DNA of 61,070 nt, counting the filler. It is 4 parts of 4 records of this genome, joined end to end, with 100 filler letters (N's around TTAATTAATTAA, not from the genome) between each part and the next. Parts side by side here need not be neighbours in the genome. Positions count along the whole stretch, not along the records: positions 28,847 to 35,348 come from SRR2962707_1966; positions 35,449 to 61,070 come from SRR2962707_1967; 2 more parts are not named here. One strand, 5' to 3'. Position 1 is the first letter of the stretch. Each line of letters starts with the position of its first letter. The notes below the pieces were generated by a model. The model searched no databases and had not been told where the DNA came from. It saw only the letters and a program-made list of their open reading frames with translations. Below, one piece after another: positions 32,946 through 42,838 of the stretch. The position numbers were made by a program, and so were the translations under genes.

Positions 32946-34997
32946 TCAAGTCATACCTCCGCCATGATCCACTTCAACAGGACGCCCGATCTCGCTGATA
33001 TCAGAAAGGTCAGTTTCCAGCGCTTTGTGCTGGCTGCCTCGGCCGCTTCCACCTGCACTGCCGATACCGAACCGTGCAGGAGTGGCGGACTGCTTTGTCG
33101 GTGTGAATTCGAAGGTCTCATCAGCGATAGTACTCACTGACCCCACAGTACTGCCATCGTCCATATCACCATCGTATCCCGCCCGGCTGTCCACAAAGCT
33201 ACCAGCACCCCATTGGGCAGAAGGTGAAGGTACCTCAGCCCCTCGAGCAGCCGTTTCTGCTCGATCCCTGCGTTCCTGCCTGCCGGCGACATCAGCTTGC
33301 ACCGCGCGCTGCCTCACTGCGTGGCGTGCAGACCTGCTGTTCCGACGTCGCGGCGTCGGACCGTCACTGACAGCCTCCTCTCCAAACTCGTTCACAAAGG
33401 CGCGAATGACGGCGCGTTGAAGATTGTAGATCAGGGTGTACTTTGCCAGGGATATGCTCCCTCCATTGAATCGCATTTCGCCAGCAAGAATTTTCAACCC
33501 ACTGACTTCTTTAAGCGCGGCTCGCAAGCGCCGTTCTGCTTGGCGCAAGCGCCTATGTGGTACAGCAGGCAAGCATCGCAACGTAAGCAATGCAGATATT
33601 TGCAAGCGTCGGAAGCCTGCAGAACAGCCAACAGTGCTGGGGAGATCTATATCTTACGCTCGCAGCTCCTTGTTCCGGATACGGTGCCACACACGAACGA
33701 TCTTGCGGCGGACAGTGCGCGCGTTGTGTTGCCGAGATACGCGAGGTCGCTTTTCGAAGGTGATGGTGACCGGTCGCGGCGACTCTTTCAACCTTTTGGC
33801 TGTCACGGCCCAAGGGCGTCCTGGCACGCACGGACCATGAAATTCCAACCGTCAGTGACCATTTCAAACCAAGTCAACGTCACCATCAACACCGGCTCAC
33901 GGATGTCTTGCCAAGGCACTCCGCAAAGCGCTCCTCACGCAGCACATCCTACCAACCTACCTCTCACGCTCTTCCCGTTGATGGCGACGACCATGTCCCC
34001 GATTGCGAGCAATCCCGTCGCTTCGAGCTGCATCGGCGACTTGTTCCGAATGTTGCGCTTAAACTCTTTAATGCGCAGAGGGTGGTGTTCTTCAAGAGCG
34101 TCGTCGGCAACACCTGGCGCAACAACGGGCAACGCAGAAAGTGAGCGCGCAAGCAAAAACATCAGTACGGCGCGGTTTCTGGACGGTGTTTCATTCACTC
34201 CATCAATGTAGCAGCGTTGAATGCACGAAACAGCGTTGTCGGGGACCGCATTCTCCACACCAGCGCCAGTCACTCCATCATCACGAACCAAGAGCTCCCC
34301 ATTCCGCTGTAAATATCACTCCCGTCGGACCTTCACGGAGGATCACATCTACTTCTTCGGCCTGTGACCACGTGTCGTACGTGTCGAGAGGGAAATACCG
34401 CTCCACTTCGTCGATGCTGAAGCGCTCACCCGTGTCGCGGTTGGTGACAGTGAACTCGCGGCTCCTGCGCAGCGGAGAAAACATGCTGCTAGTGCTGCTG
34501 TTGGCACTGCTTTCATCCGACGCGATGGTGGTTCCACTGTGCAACAGCGCCCCTCCAGAAGTGTCCACAGTCATGTTCAGCAAGCTGCGGTTGTGGTTGG
34601 ACAGCGACGAGAGCGACGTCGACAGCGGGCGCAGGCGGTTCTTGACTTCCGTCGTCTCGATCTTCCGCAGCGAGCGCCCGAACTTGTTCTTCAGCAACGC
34701 CTTGATGTGCAGGTACTGCAGCTTGCGGTCAGGGTCCATGTCTTGCCACGGGCTGGGCAGCGCCACTTGCCGCTTGATTTCAGCCAGCACTTCGGCGTCA
34801 ATACTGTCTCGCAGAGTGGAGCCTGGAGCCCCCGCTGCGTGCGTGTTGCCACCGGCACCGGCACCGACTGCTGCATCCTGTCTCTCTCCCACAAGTTGCT
34901 CGCTGCTGCTGCTGGGCGCAGGTGCATCCTGCGGCTTGCCTGCTGCTTCCACTGCTGCTGCTGATGATGATGATGATGATTTCCTGTGAGACTCCAT
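32946..34997 (-). CDS. Multi-exon PDZ-domain protein
   Basis: VILREGPTGVIF, LAIGDMVVAINGKSV and RPVTITFE PDZ segments on successive exons; low-complexity termini; ends approximate. Confidence 0.65.
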
Positions 34998-35348
34998 ACC
35001 CGTGTCGTCGAGTCAGCTAACGCCCGCTCCGCGGCCACTCAAAGCGCAGCAACGAGCCTCCGAACTCGTGTGGCTCAGCATCGAACCAGCCGCTGTTTTC
35101 GAAATAAAAGACGCAACACACGCGCACACACACACACAGGGTATTGTTATATCTAGAGAGTTGATTCTGCTGCTACGCTATGCGTGAAGACCCCCCACGA
35201 TGATGAGACGTATCTATGGGCTCTTTGCTCTTTGAAAAAAAAAAAGAAAAAAAAAGGACGAAACGCTGGAGAAAGCAGCAAGGCGCGCGGGTCTTCGCGC
35301 TGTGTGAAAGCGCCCAGAACCTTCGCCACGAAGCCGTCCACGTCCACA

Positions 35349-35448
35349 NNNNNNNNNNNNNNNNNNNNNNNNNNNNNNNNNNNNNNNNNNNNTTAATTAA
35401 TTAANNNNNNNNNNNNNNNNNNNNNNNNNNNNNNNNNNNNNNNNNNNN
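35349..35448. other. Artificial contig linker
   Basis: 44 N + TTAATTAATTAA + 44 N. Confidence 0.99.
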
Positions 35449-35501
35449 GGCGTCTGCGTGCGACACGCCCATAACCAAGCGATGGCGGATCATATCCGTT
35501 G

Positions 35502-35660
35502 TCATGGCGCTTGAGCCCTTGCCTTGAGACCAGCGGTCGTTGCCAGCATCTGAGCCCAGAGATCGCGCGGAACGGCCACTTCGGCCAAGTGCAGGGTGAT
35601 CGAGCGGGCATAGCGGATTGCCTTCGCGGCAATCTTGATCATGCGATTCCGCAGGCTGGC
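35502..35660 (-). mobile_element. IS1380-family transposase C-terminal remnant
   Basis: Manual translation ASLRNRMIKIAAKAIRYARSITLHLAEVAVPRDLWAQML...* resembles the IS1380 C-terminal LIKIGA...LAEVAV motif; not in the ORF track. Confidence 0.75.
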
Positions 35661-35681
35661 CCAAAATCGGGGCGCACTTCA
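35661..35681. mobile_element. Isolated IS3-family-like terminal repeat
   Basis: CCAAAATCGGGGCGCACTTCA (minus strand TGAAGTGCGCCCCG) abuts the truncation point of the IS1380 fragment. Confidence 0.45.
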
Positions 35682-35752
35682 GACTCTATGGGCAGCAGGT
35701 CAATCGGCGCTGACTGGATCGTCCCAAGGGTGGGCGGGGCGATCCTCCGCCT

Positions 35753-36484
35753 TTAAACGCGCCTCGGCTTCGCTGGTTTCGTCTCGCCTTCGGGCAGAAT
35801 CACGTTTTTGAGGCCATCCAGCGTGATGCGGTAGTGCTCTGCCAGGCGGGCGCATGCAAGCCCGGTGTCATGATCAAGGACAGCTTGAAGGATTGCCTGG
35901 TGCTCGGCAGCGGCCCCCTCGCGTCGCTGCTTGCTCGGGTTGGTGTTCATGGAGAGGTTTCGGTATCGCACGGCCTGATCCATGAGGGTCGAACAGAAAT
36001 CGAGAAGCCACGCCGAGCCGCAGCGGTCGAGAAGCAGCATGTGGAAAGCCTTGTGCCGCTCCTCCCACTCCTCGGATAACTCGCGGCCCACATCTTCGGG
36101 CATACGTCTTTGTGTGCGCGCAAGCCGGTGGCAGCTCACGACGAGTTCATCCTCCCAGGCATCGTCGCCGTGCTTGATCGATTCCGTAAGCGCCAAGGTT
36201 TCAAGCCAGATGCGCGTCTTCACCAGTTCTTCGAGATCAGAGATCGAAATCGGCGCGACGTAGAAGCCTCGATGGCTCTTGCGGTCAACGAGGCCTTCCG
36301 ATGAGAGACGATTCAGTGCCTCGCGCACCGGCACCGCGCCGATGCCATAGCGCTCCGAAATCGCCTCGATCTGAAGCTTGTGGTCTGGAAACAGCTCTCC
36401 CAGCAGGATATCGCGGCGAATCCAGAAATATGCCTGTTCGGAGAGGCTTCTGCTCTCCGGCTCTGCGACCTGGGTGCTTGCCAT
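35753..36484 (-). CDS. GntR-family (FCD domain) regulator
   Basis: PVREALNRLSSEGLV..RGFYV HTH; FH and EH FCD motifs. Confidence 0.93.
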   Translation of the reverse strand: MASTQVAEPESRSLSEQAYFWIRRDILLGELFPDHKLQIEAISERYGIGAVPVREALNRLSSEGLVDRKSHRGFYVAPISISDLEELVKTRIWLETLALTESIKHGDDAWEDELVVSCHRLARTQRRMPEDVGRELSEEWEERHKAFHMLLLDRCGSAWLLDFCSTLMDQAVRYRNLSMNTNPSKQRREGAAAEHQAILQAVLDHDTGLACARLAEHYRITLDGLKNVILPEGETKPAKPRRV

Positions 36485-36485
36485 T

Positions 36486-37334
36486 TTAAGCTACTCCACC
36501 TGGCCGGTCGGACTTGTTCCAAAACACGAAGTGGCGCTGCATCCAAACGACAGTGAAATAGAGTGCCAGGCCGAGAATGCTGAGGTAGAGGATCAACGCG
36601 AAGACCCGCGGCGTATCGAGCTGGCTCGCCGACTGCCGGATCAAGGCACCGAAGCCCCTGCCGCCTCCGAGGAACTCGCCCGTGATCGCTCCAGCCATGA
36701 CACCGACCGCAGCAATCTTCAGTCCCGTGAAAATGTAAGGCAAGCCTGTGGGCAGTTTGAGCCGCAGTAGGGTTTGTATCCGCGTCGCGCCCATCGATTT
36801 GAAAAGCATCCGCTCGTTTTCCGAGGCGGCGTAGAGACCGGCTGCAGTGGAAACGACAATGGGAAACGTGGCGATAAAGGCTGCGAGCGCAACCTTCGAG
36901 CCGATTCCGAATCCGAGCCAGGCGATGAACAGCGGCGCAAAGGCGACTTTCGGCATTGTGTCGATTGCCACGAGATAGGGCATGACCGCACGCTCGCCAA
37001 ACTTCGTTTCGCCCACCAGGACGCCAAGTGAAAACCCGATCGCGACGGCGATCACAAATCCGTAGAAAACGGTCAGTGTCGTCGTCCACAGTGCATCGAG
37101 CATATACTCACCGGAAATCAGGTTGTAACCGACGAAGAACAGGTCGTCCAGCGTCTCTGCGGGTGTGGGCAGAATGATGGCCGACACCCATCCCATACGG
37201 GTGACCAGATCCCAGATGCCGACGACGACGACAAACAGGAATGTCATCGCCATCCAACGCGGAATGATGTCGATAAAGGCCGCGTGCTCGACCCACACGG
37301 TATCTTCGCCGGGTTCCTGCGAGATATCAGTCAT
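36486..37334 (-). CDS. NitT/TauT/SsuC-type ABC permease
   Basis: PKVAFAPLFIAWLGFG, SMGAT..LKLPTGLPYIFTGLK. Confidence 0.92.
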   Translation of the reverse strand: MTDISQEPGEDTVWVEHAAFIDIIPRWMAMTFLFVVVVGIWDLVTRMGWVSAIILPTPAETLDDLFFVGYNLISGEYMLDALWTTTLTVFYGFVIAVAIGFSLGVLVGETKFGERAVMPYLVAIDTMPKVAFAPLFIAWLGFGIGSKVALAAFIATFPIVVSTAAGLYAASENERMLFKSMGATRIQTLLRLKLPTGLPYIFTGLKIAAVGVMAGAITGEFLGGGRGFGALIRQSASQLDTPRVFALILYLSILGLALYFTVVWMQRHFVFWNKSDRPGGVA

Positions 37335-38146
37335 TCAAAGGCCTCTCTTCCCAACAGGTCTCGGATATGCGCGACAATCTCTCCGAAACGCGGTGTGTTG
37401 ATCATCTCCAGAGTGCGGGGACGCGGCAAATCGATTCGGACATCCTCGACGATATGCCCCGGCCGGGCCTTCATGACAAGGATACGGTCGGAAAGAAACA
37501 CGGCCTCGGCAAGCGAGTGGGTGACCAGGAATGCCGTGGCGCCGCGTTCCGTGCAGATGCGCTGCAACTCCATGTTCATGAAATCGCGGGTCAGTTCGTC
37601 GAGCGCGGAGAAGGGCTCGTCGAGCAGCAGCATGGCCGGGTCACTGACCAGCATCCGGCATATCGAAGCCCGCTGCGCCATGCCTCCCGAAAGTTCTCCC
37701 GGGTAGACATTGGCGAATTCGCCGAGGCCAACCAGTTCGAGGAGGTCCATGGCCTTGTCGCGTGCCTGGCGGGCGGCGGTCCGCCCGTCCCGGATCTCGA
37801 TCGGCATGAGGATGTTCTCGATCGTCGTCTTCCACGGCAGAAGCGTCGCCTGCTGGAACATCATACCGATATCGCGCCGTGGACCGACCACGGGCTGACC
37901 CTCGAGAACCACGCGCCCGGTTGTCGGCGGCAGCAGACCGGCCATGATCTTCAGCAGCGTCGACTTTCCGCACCCCGAAGAGCCGATCACCGAGACGAAT
38001 TCGCCGCTGTGGATCGTCAGATTGACGTCGGTGAGCGCGACGAGACTGTTGCGGGCATAGGTCTTGGACAGACGCTCGATCTGATACACCGGCCGCGCCC
38101 CGCGCGCGACCGGTTCGGGGCTCAAGGTAAGGTTCTCCATCATCAA
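37331..38146 (-). CDS. NitT/TauB/SsuB-type ABC ATPase
   Basis: GSSGCGKST, LLPW, LSGGMAQR, LLDEPFSALD. Confidence 0.95.
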   Translation of the reverse strand: MMMENLTLSPEPVARGARPVYQIERLSKTYARNSLVALTDVNLTIHSGEFVSVIGSSGCGKSTLLKIMAGLLPPTTGRVVLEGQPVVGPRRDIGMMFQQATLLPWKTTIENILMPIEIRDGRTAARQARDKAMDLLELVGLGEFANVYPGELSGGMAQRASICRMLVSDPAMLLLDEPFSALDELTRDFMNMELQRICTERGATAFLVTHSLAEAVFLSDRILVMKARPGHIVEDVRIDLPRPRTLEMINTPRFGEIVAHIRDLLGREAFE

Positions 38147-38148
38147 TT

Positions 38149-39183
38149 TCAGGCGTTCCAGCCCGCTACGAACTCATTGGTGTAGACCGCCGACAGATCA
38201 GACAGGGGTTCCGAAAGCGCGCCGGAGGCAACGGCGGAATCGTGAATCGCCTTCCAATGCTCGGGCGGCTGGTATCCGTATCCCTGGTCCATGTAAGCAT
38301 CGGTCGGTGTCATCCGGCCAACAACGCCGTCGAACAGTGAAGCCGCATAATCCTGCTCGCCTTCCTGAGGATTGCCGTCGGCGCAGTGCTTCAGGGCTGT
38401 GTCCTTGTTGGCAGGATCGGAGGCAAACCTCATGCCCCGAACGAGCGCTCGGCCGAATTTCGGCGCGAGATCCGGCGTGGCCGACATCTGGCTTTCAAGC
38501 ATCGCGATGCCGTTGCCGAAGAAGCCGAGATATTGTTCGGGGGTAATCTCCCTGAGTTCGAGACCGCGAGCTGCCAGAATCGCCGCATCAGAGACCGCGC
38601 CGGCGTATGAACTGACCTCATCGCGCATGAAAGCAACCGCGGCCGTGCCGCCATCACCGACCGGCAGGTAGGTGAAATCGGTCCCGGCTTCCATGCCGAG
38701 ATCGGACATGATCGAGTTGGTGAACGAAACTTCGGCTCCATCGGCAGTGCCAACTCCTACGACCGTGCCTTTCAAGTCGGCGGGGGTCTGGTAGGCGCTG
38801 TCGGCCTTGACCAGCAAGCCGAAGACCGACTTCGGATAGAGGTTATAGAGGAATTTCACATCAACACCGCGGGCGCGGGCGCCGAGGGTGGGTCCGGGTC
38901 CGGGGGCGCCAATCTGTGCCTGTCCGGCCGCCATCGCCTGAAGCACGGCGGATGAGCCATCAATGGCTTCGAGCGTGGGTGTGAGCCCCTCGTCGGCAAA
39001 ATATCCTTCGCCCACAGCCACCCAGTAAGGCAGCCAGGTCAGCGCCGAAGGATTGGGTACTGCGAAGGTGATTGCGGTCTGAGCCCGTACGATTGACGGC
39101 AGACTGATGGTAGTTGCGGCAGCTATGCCGCCGAGCGTCAGTTTGCCGAAACCACGGCGGGACAATTTGGCACGAATGGTCAT
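38149..39183 (-). CDS. SsuA/NMT1-type ABC substrate-binding protein with Tat signal
   Basis: LSRRGF twin-arginine motif, GYFADEGL, ADLKG; AGGGAGGA RBS before ATG 39183. Confidence 0.9.
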   Translation of the reverse strand: MTIRAKLSRRGFGKLTLGGIAAATTISLPSIVRAQTAITFAVPNPSALTWLPYWVAVGEGYFADEGLTPTLEAIDGSSAVLQAMAAGQAQIGAPGPGPTLGARARGVDVKFLYNLYPKSVFGLLVKADSAYQTPADLKGTVVGVGTADGAEVSFTNSIMSDLGMEAGTDFTYLPVGDGGTAAVAFMRDEVSSYAGAVSDAAILAARGLELREITPEQYLGFFGNGIAMLESQMSATPDLAPKFGRALVRGMRFASDPANKDTALKHCADGNPQEGEQDYAASLFDGVVGRMTPTDAYMDQGYGYQPPEHWKAIHDSAVASGALSEPLSDLSAVYTNEFVAGWNA

Positions 39184-39415
39184 TTGGTAGTCCTCCCTAT
39201 TGTTTTTAGCGGTTTCCGCCGGAGTACCGAGACACCAACGGTCCGCATTCAAAACTACATGACTTCGCTAAAAACACCAGATAATATATATATAACCAAT
39301 ATTTTTTGTTTTGTATCTTGATTTGGTCGTGAATACGGGAAACTCTGTCCCGATCGCAAATTCCCAGACTGGCGATCCCGCACGCTCAACGGTCAAACCC
39401 TCGAGGAAATTACCC

Positions 39416-40114
39416 ATGGTCACCTATGCCGTCTCGCCGCCCAAACAGGCACATCTCGACATTGCCGGGTCCGACGACAAGTTCCCGGTCCGGCGTATCT
39501 ACTGCATCGGCAAGAATTACGTCGCCCACATCCAGGAAATGAAACAGGACGAACGCGACCCCCCGGTGATCTTCATGAAGCCGTCGGACGCGATCGTGCG
39601 TAACGGCGGTGAAATTCCCTATCCGGTGTTCACAAACAATTTTCACTACGAGTGCGAACTCGTGATCGCGCTCAAGTCCGGCGGCTACAACATACCCCAG
39701 GCCGAAGCATCAAAGCACATCTTCGGTTATGCGGTCGGCCTCGACATGACCCGCCGCGACCACCAGGCGGAGGCGCTGGCAAAGGGGCTGCCGTGGGAGG
39801 TGACAAAGGGATTCGATCACTCCGCGCCCGTCGGTCCGATCAGCCGCGTCGAGGAAACCGGTGTGATGAGCAACGGGCATGTGCGGCTTGCGGTGAACGG
39901 CGAGGTCCGTCAGGACGCCGACATCTCGCTGCTGATCTGGAAAATCGACGAGATCATTGCCAAGCTCTCCGAGCAGCACGAATTGACTGCCGGCGACATC
40001 ATCATGACGGGTACGCCGGCTGGCGTCGGCGCGGTCGTCACCGGCGATGTGCTCGACTGCTCGGTTGATGGTCTCATGCCCATGCAGGTGCGCATCGGAG
40101 GTCCCGCTGCGTGA
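39416..40114 (+). CDS. Fumarylacetoacetate-hydrolase family protein (acylpyruvate/fumarylpyruvate hydrolase-like)
   Basis: RRIYCIGKNYVAHIQEM, FMKP, HYECEL, DMTRRD, MTGTPAGVG. Confidence 0.92.
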   Translation: MVTYAVSPPKQAHLDIAGSDDKFPVRRIYCIGKNYVAHIQEMKQDERDPPVIFMKPSDAIVRNGGEIPYPVFTNNFHYECELVIALKSGGYNIPQAEASKHIFGYAVGLDMTRRDHQAEALAKGLPWEVTKGFDHSAPVGPISRVEETGVMSNGHVRLAVNGEVRQDADISLLIWKIDEIIAKLSEQHELTAGDIIMTGTPAGVGAVVTGDVLDCSVDGLMPMQVRIGGPAA

Positions 40115-40728
40115 CCACCGCCGCGCGGTTTGAAGCGCTGGGCACCGCGACGGTTGCCGAGGCCTCGGCTGAGGCCCGGCTTGTGCTGGCGCAACTGCGG
40201 CCCATTTCACCGGGAATGCGGGTCGCCGGGCCGGCGCTGACGGTGCGCTTCCCGCCTGGCGACAACCTGGCGCTTCATCACGTAATAGCCACGGCGTCGC
40301 CCGGCGATGTAATCGTGGCGGATTGCGGTGGAAACGTCGACAGCGGACCATTTGGTGAAATCATGGCGCTTGCCTGCAAGCTCCGCGGAATCGCCGGGCT
40401 TGTCATCAATGGGGCCGTGCGCGACACCGAAGAGATCGCCACGCTGGGGTTTCCGGTTTTCTCGCGCGGCATCGACATCCGCGGCACCAGGAAAAGCAGC
40501 CGCGGCGAAATCGGCGTGCCTGTCACCATCGCCGGGGTCCGGATCGCTCCGGGTGACATGATCATCGCCGACGCCGACGCGGTCATTATGGTACCGTGCG
40601 CGTCCGTTGACGCCGCGCTCGCTGCGGCAGAGGCACGCGCCGTCAATGAGACGCGGATGATGGAACGGCTGCGTGCGGGTGAGACAACGCTTCAGATTCT
40701 CGGATTGGACAAGGAAGAGCCAAAATGA
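40111..40728 (+). CDS. RraA / 4-hydroxy-4-methyl-2-oxoglutarate aldolase family protein
   Basis: AGPALTV..PGDNL, FGEIM, GAVRD, PGDMIIADAD. Confidence 0.88.
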   Translation: MTTAARFEALGTATVAEASAEARLVLAQLRPISPGMRVAGPALTVRFPPGDNLALHHVIATASPGDVIVADCGGNVDSGPFGEIMALACKLRGIAGLVINGAVRDTEEIATLGFPVFSRGIDIRGTRKSSRGEIGVPVTIAGVRIAPGDMIIADADAVIMVPCASVDAALAAAEARAVNETRMMERLRAGETTLQILGLDKEEPK

Positions 40729-41591
40729 CAGCAATCGCAATTGTCGGCACCGGCCGAATGGGGACTGCCTACGCCAAGCGCCTGGTCGAGGCTGGCTACG
40801 ACGTTACCGTCTGGAACAGAACCCCGTCACGGACGTCGGCGGCGGCAGAGGCCGGTGCAAAGGTTGCGGTCGATCTGGCCACAGTGGCTGCCGCCGGTAC
40901 GATCCTTGTCTCGCTCACGGATGCTGCGGCGGTCGAAGCGGCAACAGCCGAACTGATCCGTGCCGGCATTTCCGGCAAGCTCATTGTCGATCTGTCGACC
41001 CTTCTTCCGGAGGAAACCCGGGGTATTGCCGAACAGGTCACCGCTGCCGGTGCAGAGTTCGTCGACTGCCCCGTTGGTGGCACGGTCGGCCCCGCACTCA
41101 AAGGGCAACTGCTGGGCATGGCGGGCGGGACGGAATCGGCCTTCGCACGGGCAAAACCGGTTCTGGAGCATCTCTGCCGACGCGTGGAGCATCTTGGCCC
41201 GGCTGGTACCGGCGCCCAGATGAAGCTCGCCGTAAACCTGCCACTTGCCATCTACTGGAAAACGCTAGCTGAAGCGTTGACCTTGCTGGAGGGCTCCGGC
41301 ATTGCAACCAGCACGGCGGTCTCCCTTATCTCCGACAGCTCAGCCGGACCGACGGTTCTCAAAAATCGCGCGCAAGTCGTCATCGACACCTTGAACGGGA
41401 CGGACCAGCCCGGCACCTTCGATATTGCCGGGCTCGCAAAGGACCTCGACCTTGCGCTCCGGCAGGCCGCACTCACTGGCCGGCCGATGCCGCTGTCGGA
41501 AGAAGCCAGAAAGAGCTACTCGGAAGCGCTCGCGGCAGGCCTTGGCGGTTTCGACGGCGCAAGTCTGACCCGACACCTCGGGAACACGTGA
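40725..41591 (+). CDS. Beta-hydroxyacid (3-hydroxyisobutyrate) dehydrogenase family oxidoreductase
   Basis: VGTGRMG, WNRT, DCPVGG, MKLAVN, KDL. Confidence 0.92.
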   Translation: MTAIAIVGTGRMGTAYAKRLVEAGYDVTVWNRTPSRTSAAAEAGAKVAVDLATVAAAGTILVSLTDAAAVEAATAELIRAGISGKLIVDLSTLLPEETRGIAEQVTAAGAEFVDCPVGGTVGPALKGQLLGMAGGTESAFARAKPVLEHLCRRVEHLGPAGTGAQMKLAVNLPLAIYWKTLAEALTLLEGSGIATSTAVSLISDSSAGPTVLKNRAQVVIDTLNGTDQPGTFDIAGLAKDLDLALRQAALTGRPMPLSEEARKSYSEALAAGLGGFDGASLTRHLGNT

Positions 41592-41592
41592 G

Positions 41593-42423
41593 GTGGAGGC
41601 GCTCCGCGATCCGGCCACACTACTCACGCTGATCGCAGCGCTGGCTGCAGCCGGTGCGGCAATCGGCTTTCTCGCCGGCCTGTTTGGTGTCGGCGGCGGG
41701 GCGATTTCGGTCCCGGTCTTTTACGAGATTTTTGGTGCGCTTGGTTACCCGCCAGACCTGGCAATGCCCATTGCAGTCGGGACATCTCTGGCCGTCATCA
41801 TTCCGACTTCCATCAGTTCGGCCCGCGGGCATCAGCGCAAGGAAACACTGGATATGGAAATCCTGCGCGCCTGGGCGGTCCCGATTTTGCTCGGGGTGAT
41901 ACTTGGTGCGGCCATTGCGCGTTATGCCCCACCGGTCCTGTTCCAGATCGTCTTCGTCGTGGTTGCGACGATCACCGCCACCAAACTGCTGACCGGCGGC
42001 AAGGGTTGGCGGCTCAACGAGACATTGCCCGGCCTCTTGGCGATGCGCGTGAGCGGAATGATCATCGGCCTTGTTTCGGCGATCATGGGTATTGGCGGCG
42101 GAGCGGTCTCCAACCTTTTCCTCACACTCCACGGCGTGCCTATCCACCGGGCGGTGTCGACATCGGCTGGCGTCGGCGTCCTGATCGCCATTCCCGGAGC
42201 GATCGGCTACGTCCTGGCGGGACTTGGACGCGATGACCTGCCGCCCGATGCATTGGGTTTCGTATCTCTTGCCGCGTTTGCGCTGACAATTCCGATGTCG
42301 CTCCTGACCACCCGTTTCGGAGTGGCGCTCGCGCACCGCATGTCCCGTCGGTCCCTTGAAATCGCATTCGGCAGTTTCTTGCTGCTGGTTGCTGCCCGCT
42401 TTGTCCTGGCCCTCTATACTTGA
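41593..42423 (+). CDS. TauE/SafE-family (sulfite/organosulfonate) exporter
   Basis: Duplicated GLFGVGGG..AVGTS and AIMGIGGG..AVSTS motifs. Confidence 0.9.
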   Translation: MEALRDPATLLTLIAALAAAGAAIGFLAGLFGVGGGAISVPVFYEIFGALGYPPDLAMPIAVGTSLAVIIPTSISSARGHQRKETLDMEILRAWAVPILLGVILGAAIARYAPPVLFQIVFVVVATITATKLLTGGKGWRLNETLPGLLAMRVSGMIIGLVSAIMGIGGGAVSNLFLTLHGVPIHRAVSTSAGVGVLIAIPGAIGYVLAGLGRDDLPPDALGFVSLAAFALTIPMSLLTTRFGVALAHRMSRRSLEIAFGSFLLLVAARFVLALYT

Positions 42424-42461
42424 AACCAGCCACAAAGGCCTTTGGACGTAACTCAATAGGG

Positions 42462-42603
42462 GTCGGCGCAATGAATTGCTGCGCATGAAAGGACAATGAT
42501 CCCAAATCTCATCCCGCTGTGCAGCCGAATAAAAAATGCGACGACGATACATCACCCTGAACACTCCATCTTTGTCCAAAGATTAAAGTGTTGCGTCCAC
42601 TAC
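42462..42603 (-). mobile_element. Remnant of IS30-family element (end plus first about 18 codons of transposase)
   Basis: MYRRRIFYSAAQRDEIWD at 42552-42499 resembles IS30-family transposase N-termini; imperfect inverted ends GTCGGCGCAA (42462) and TTGCGTCCAC (42591). Confidence 0.6.
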
Positions 42604-42804
42604 GTCTTTGCCAGTTGAGTCGATTATGCCGATCATCTGAGCACTCGCCATTATGCCCGATTGGTGGATGAATGGGTGACCGCAATTGGGCTACGGCGCG
42701 AGGACTACGGCACGCACGCACTTCGGCGCACCAAGGCCGCAATGATCTACAAGGCAACAGGCAATCTTCGCGCGGTTCAAATCCTGTTGGGCCACCTCTT
42801 CTGA
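42604..42804 (+). pseudogene. Tyrosine integrase C-terminal fragment
   Basis: Manual translation VFAS*VDYADHLSTRHYARLVDEWVTAIGLRREDYGTHALRRTKAAMIYKATGNLRAVQILLGH; HxLRR and LLGH boxes, internal stop, truncated before the catalytic Tyr. Confidence 0.88.
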
Positions 42805-42838
42805 CAAATCGGACTACGGATAGAGGGCCGCAGAAGCT

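Noticed and set aside
33297-34989. Plus-strand ORFs of 304 and 282 aa
   Set aside because: Antisense to the PDZ gene exons; no recognisable domains
35153-35348. Possible 3' exons of another minus-strand eukaryotic gene
   Set aside because: Short, truncated by the contig end and without a recognisable motif
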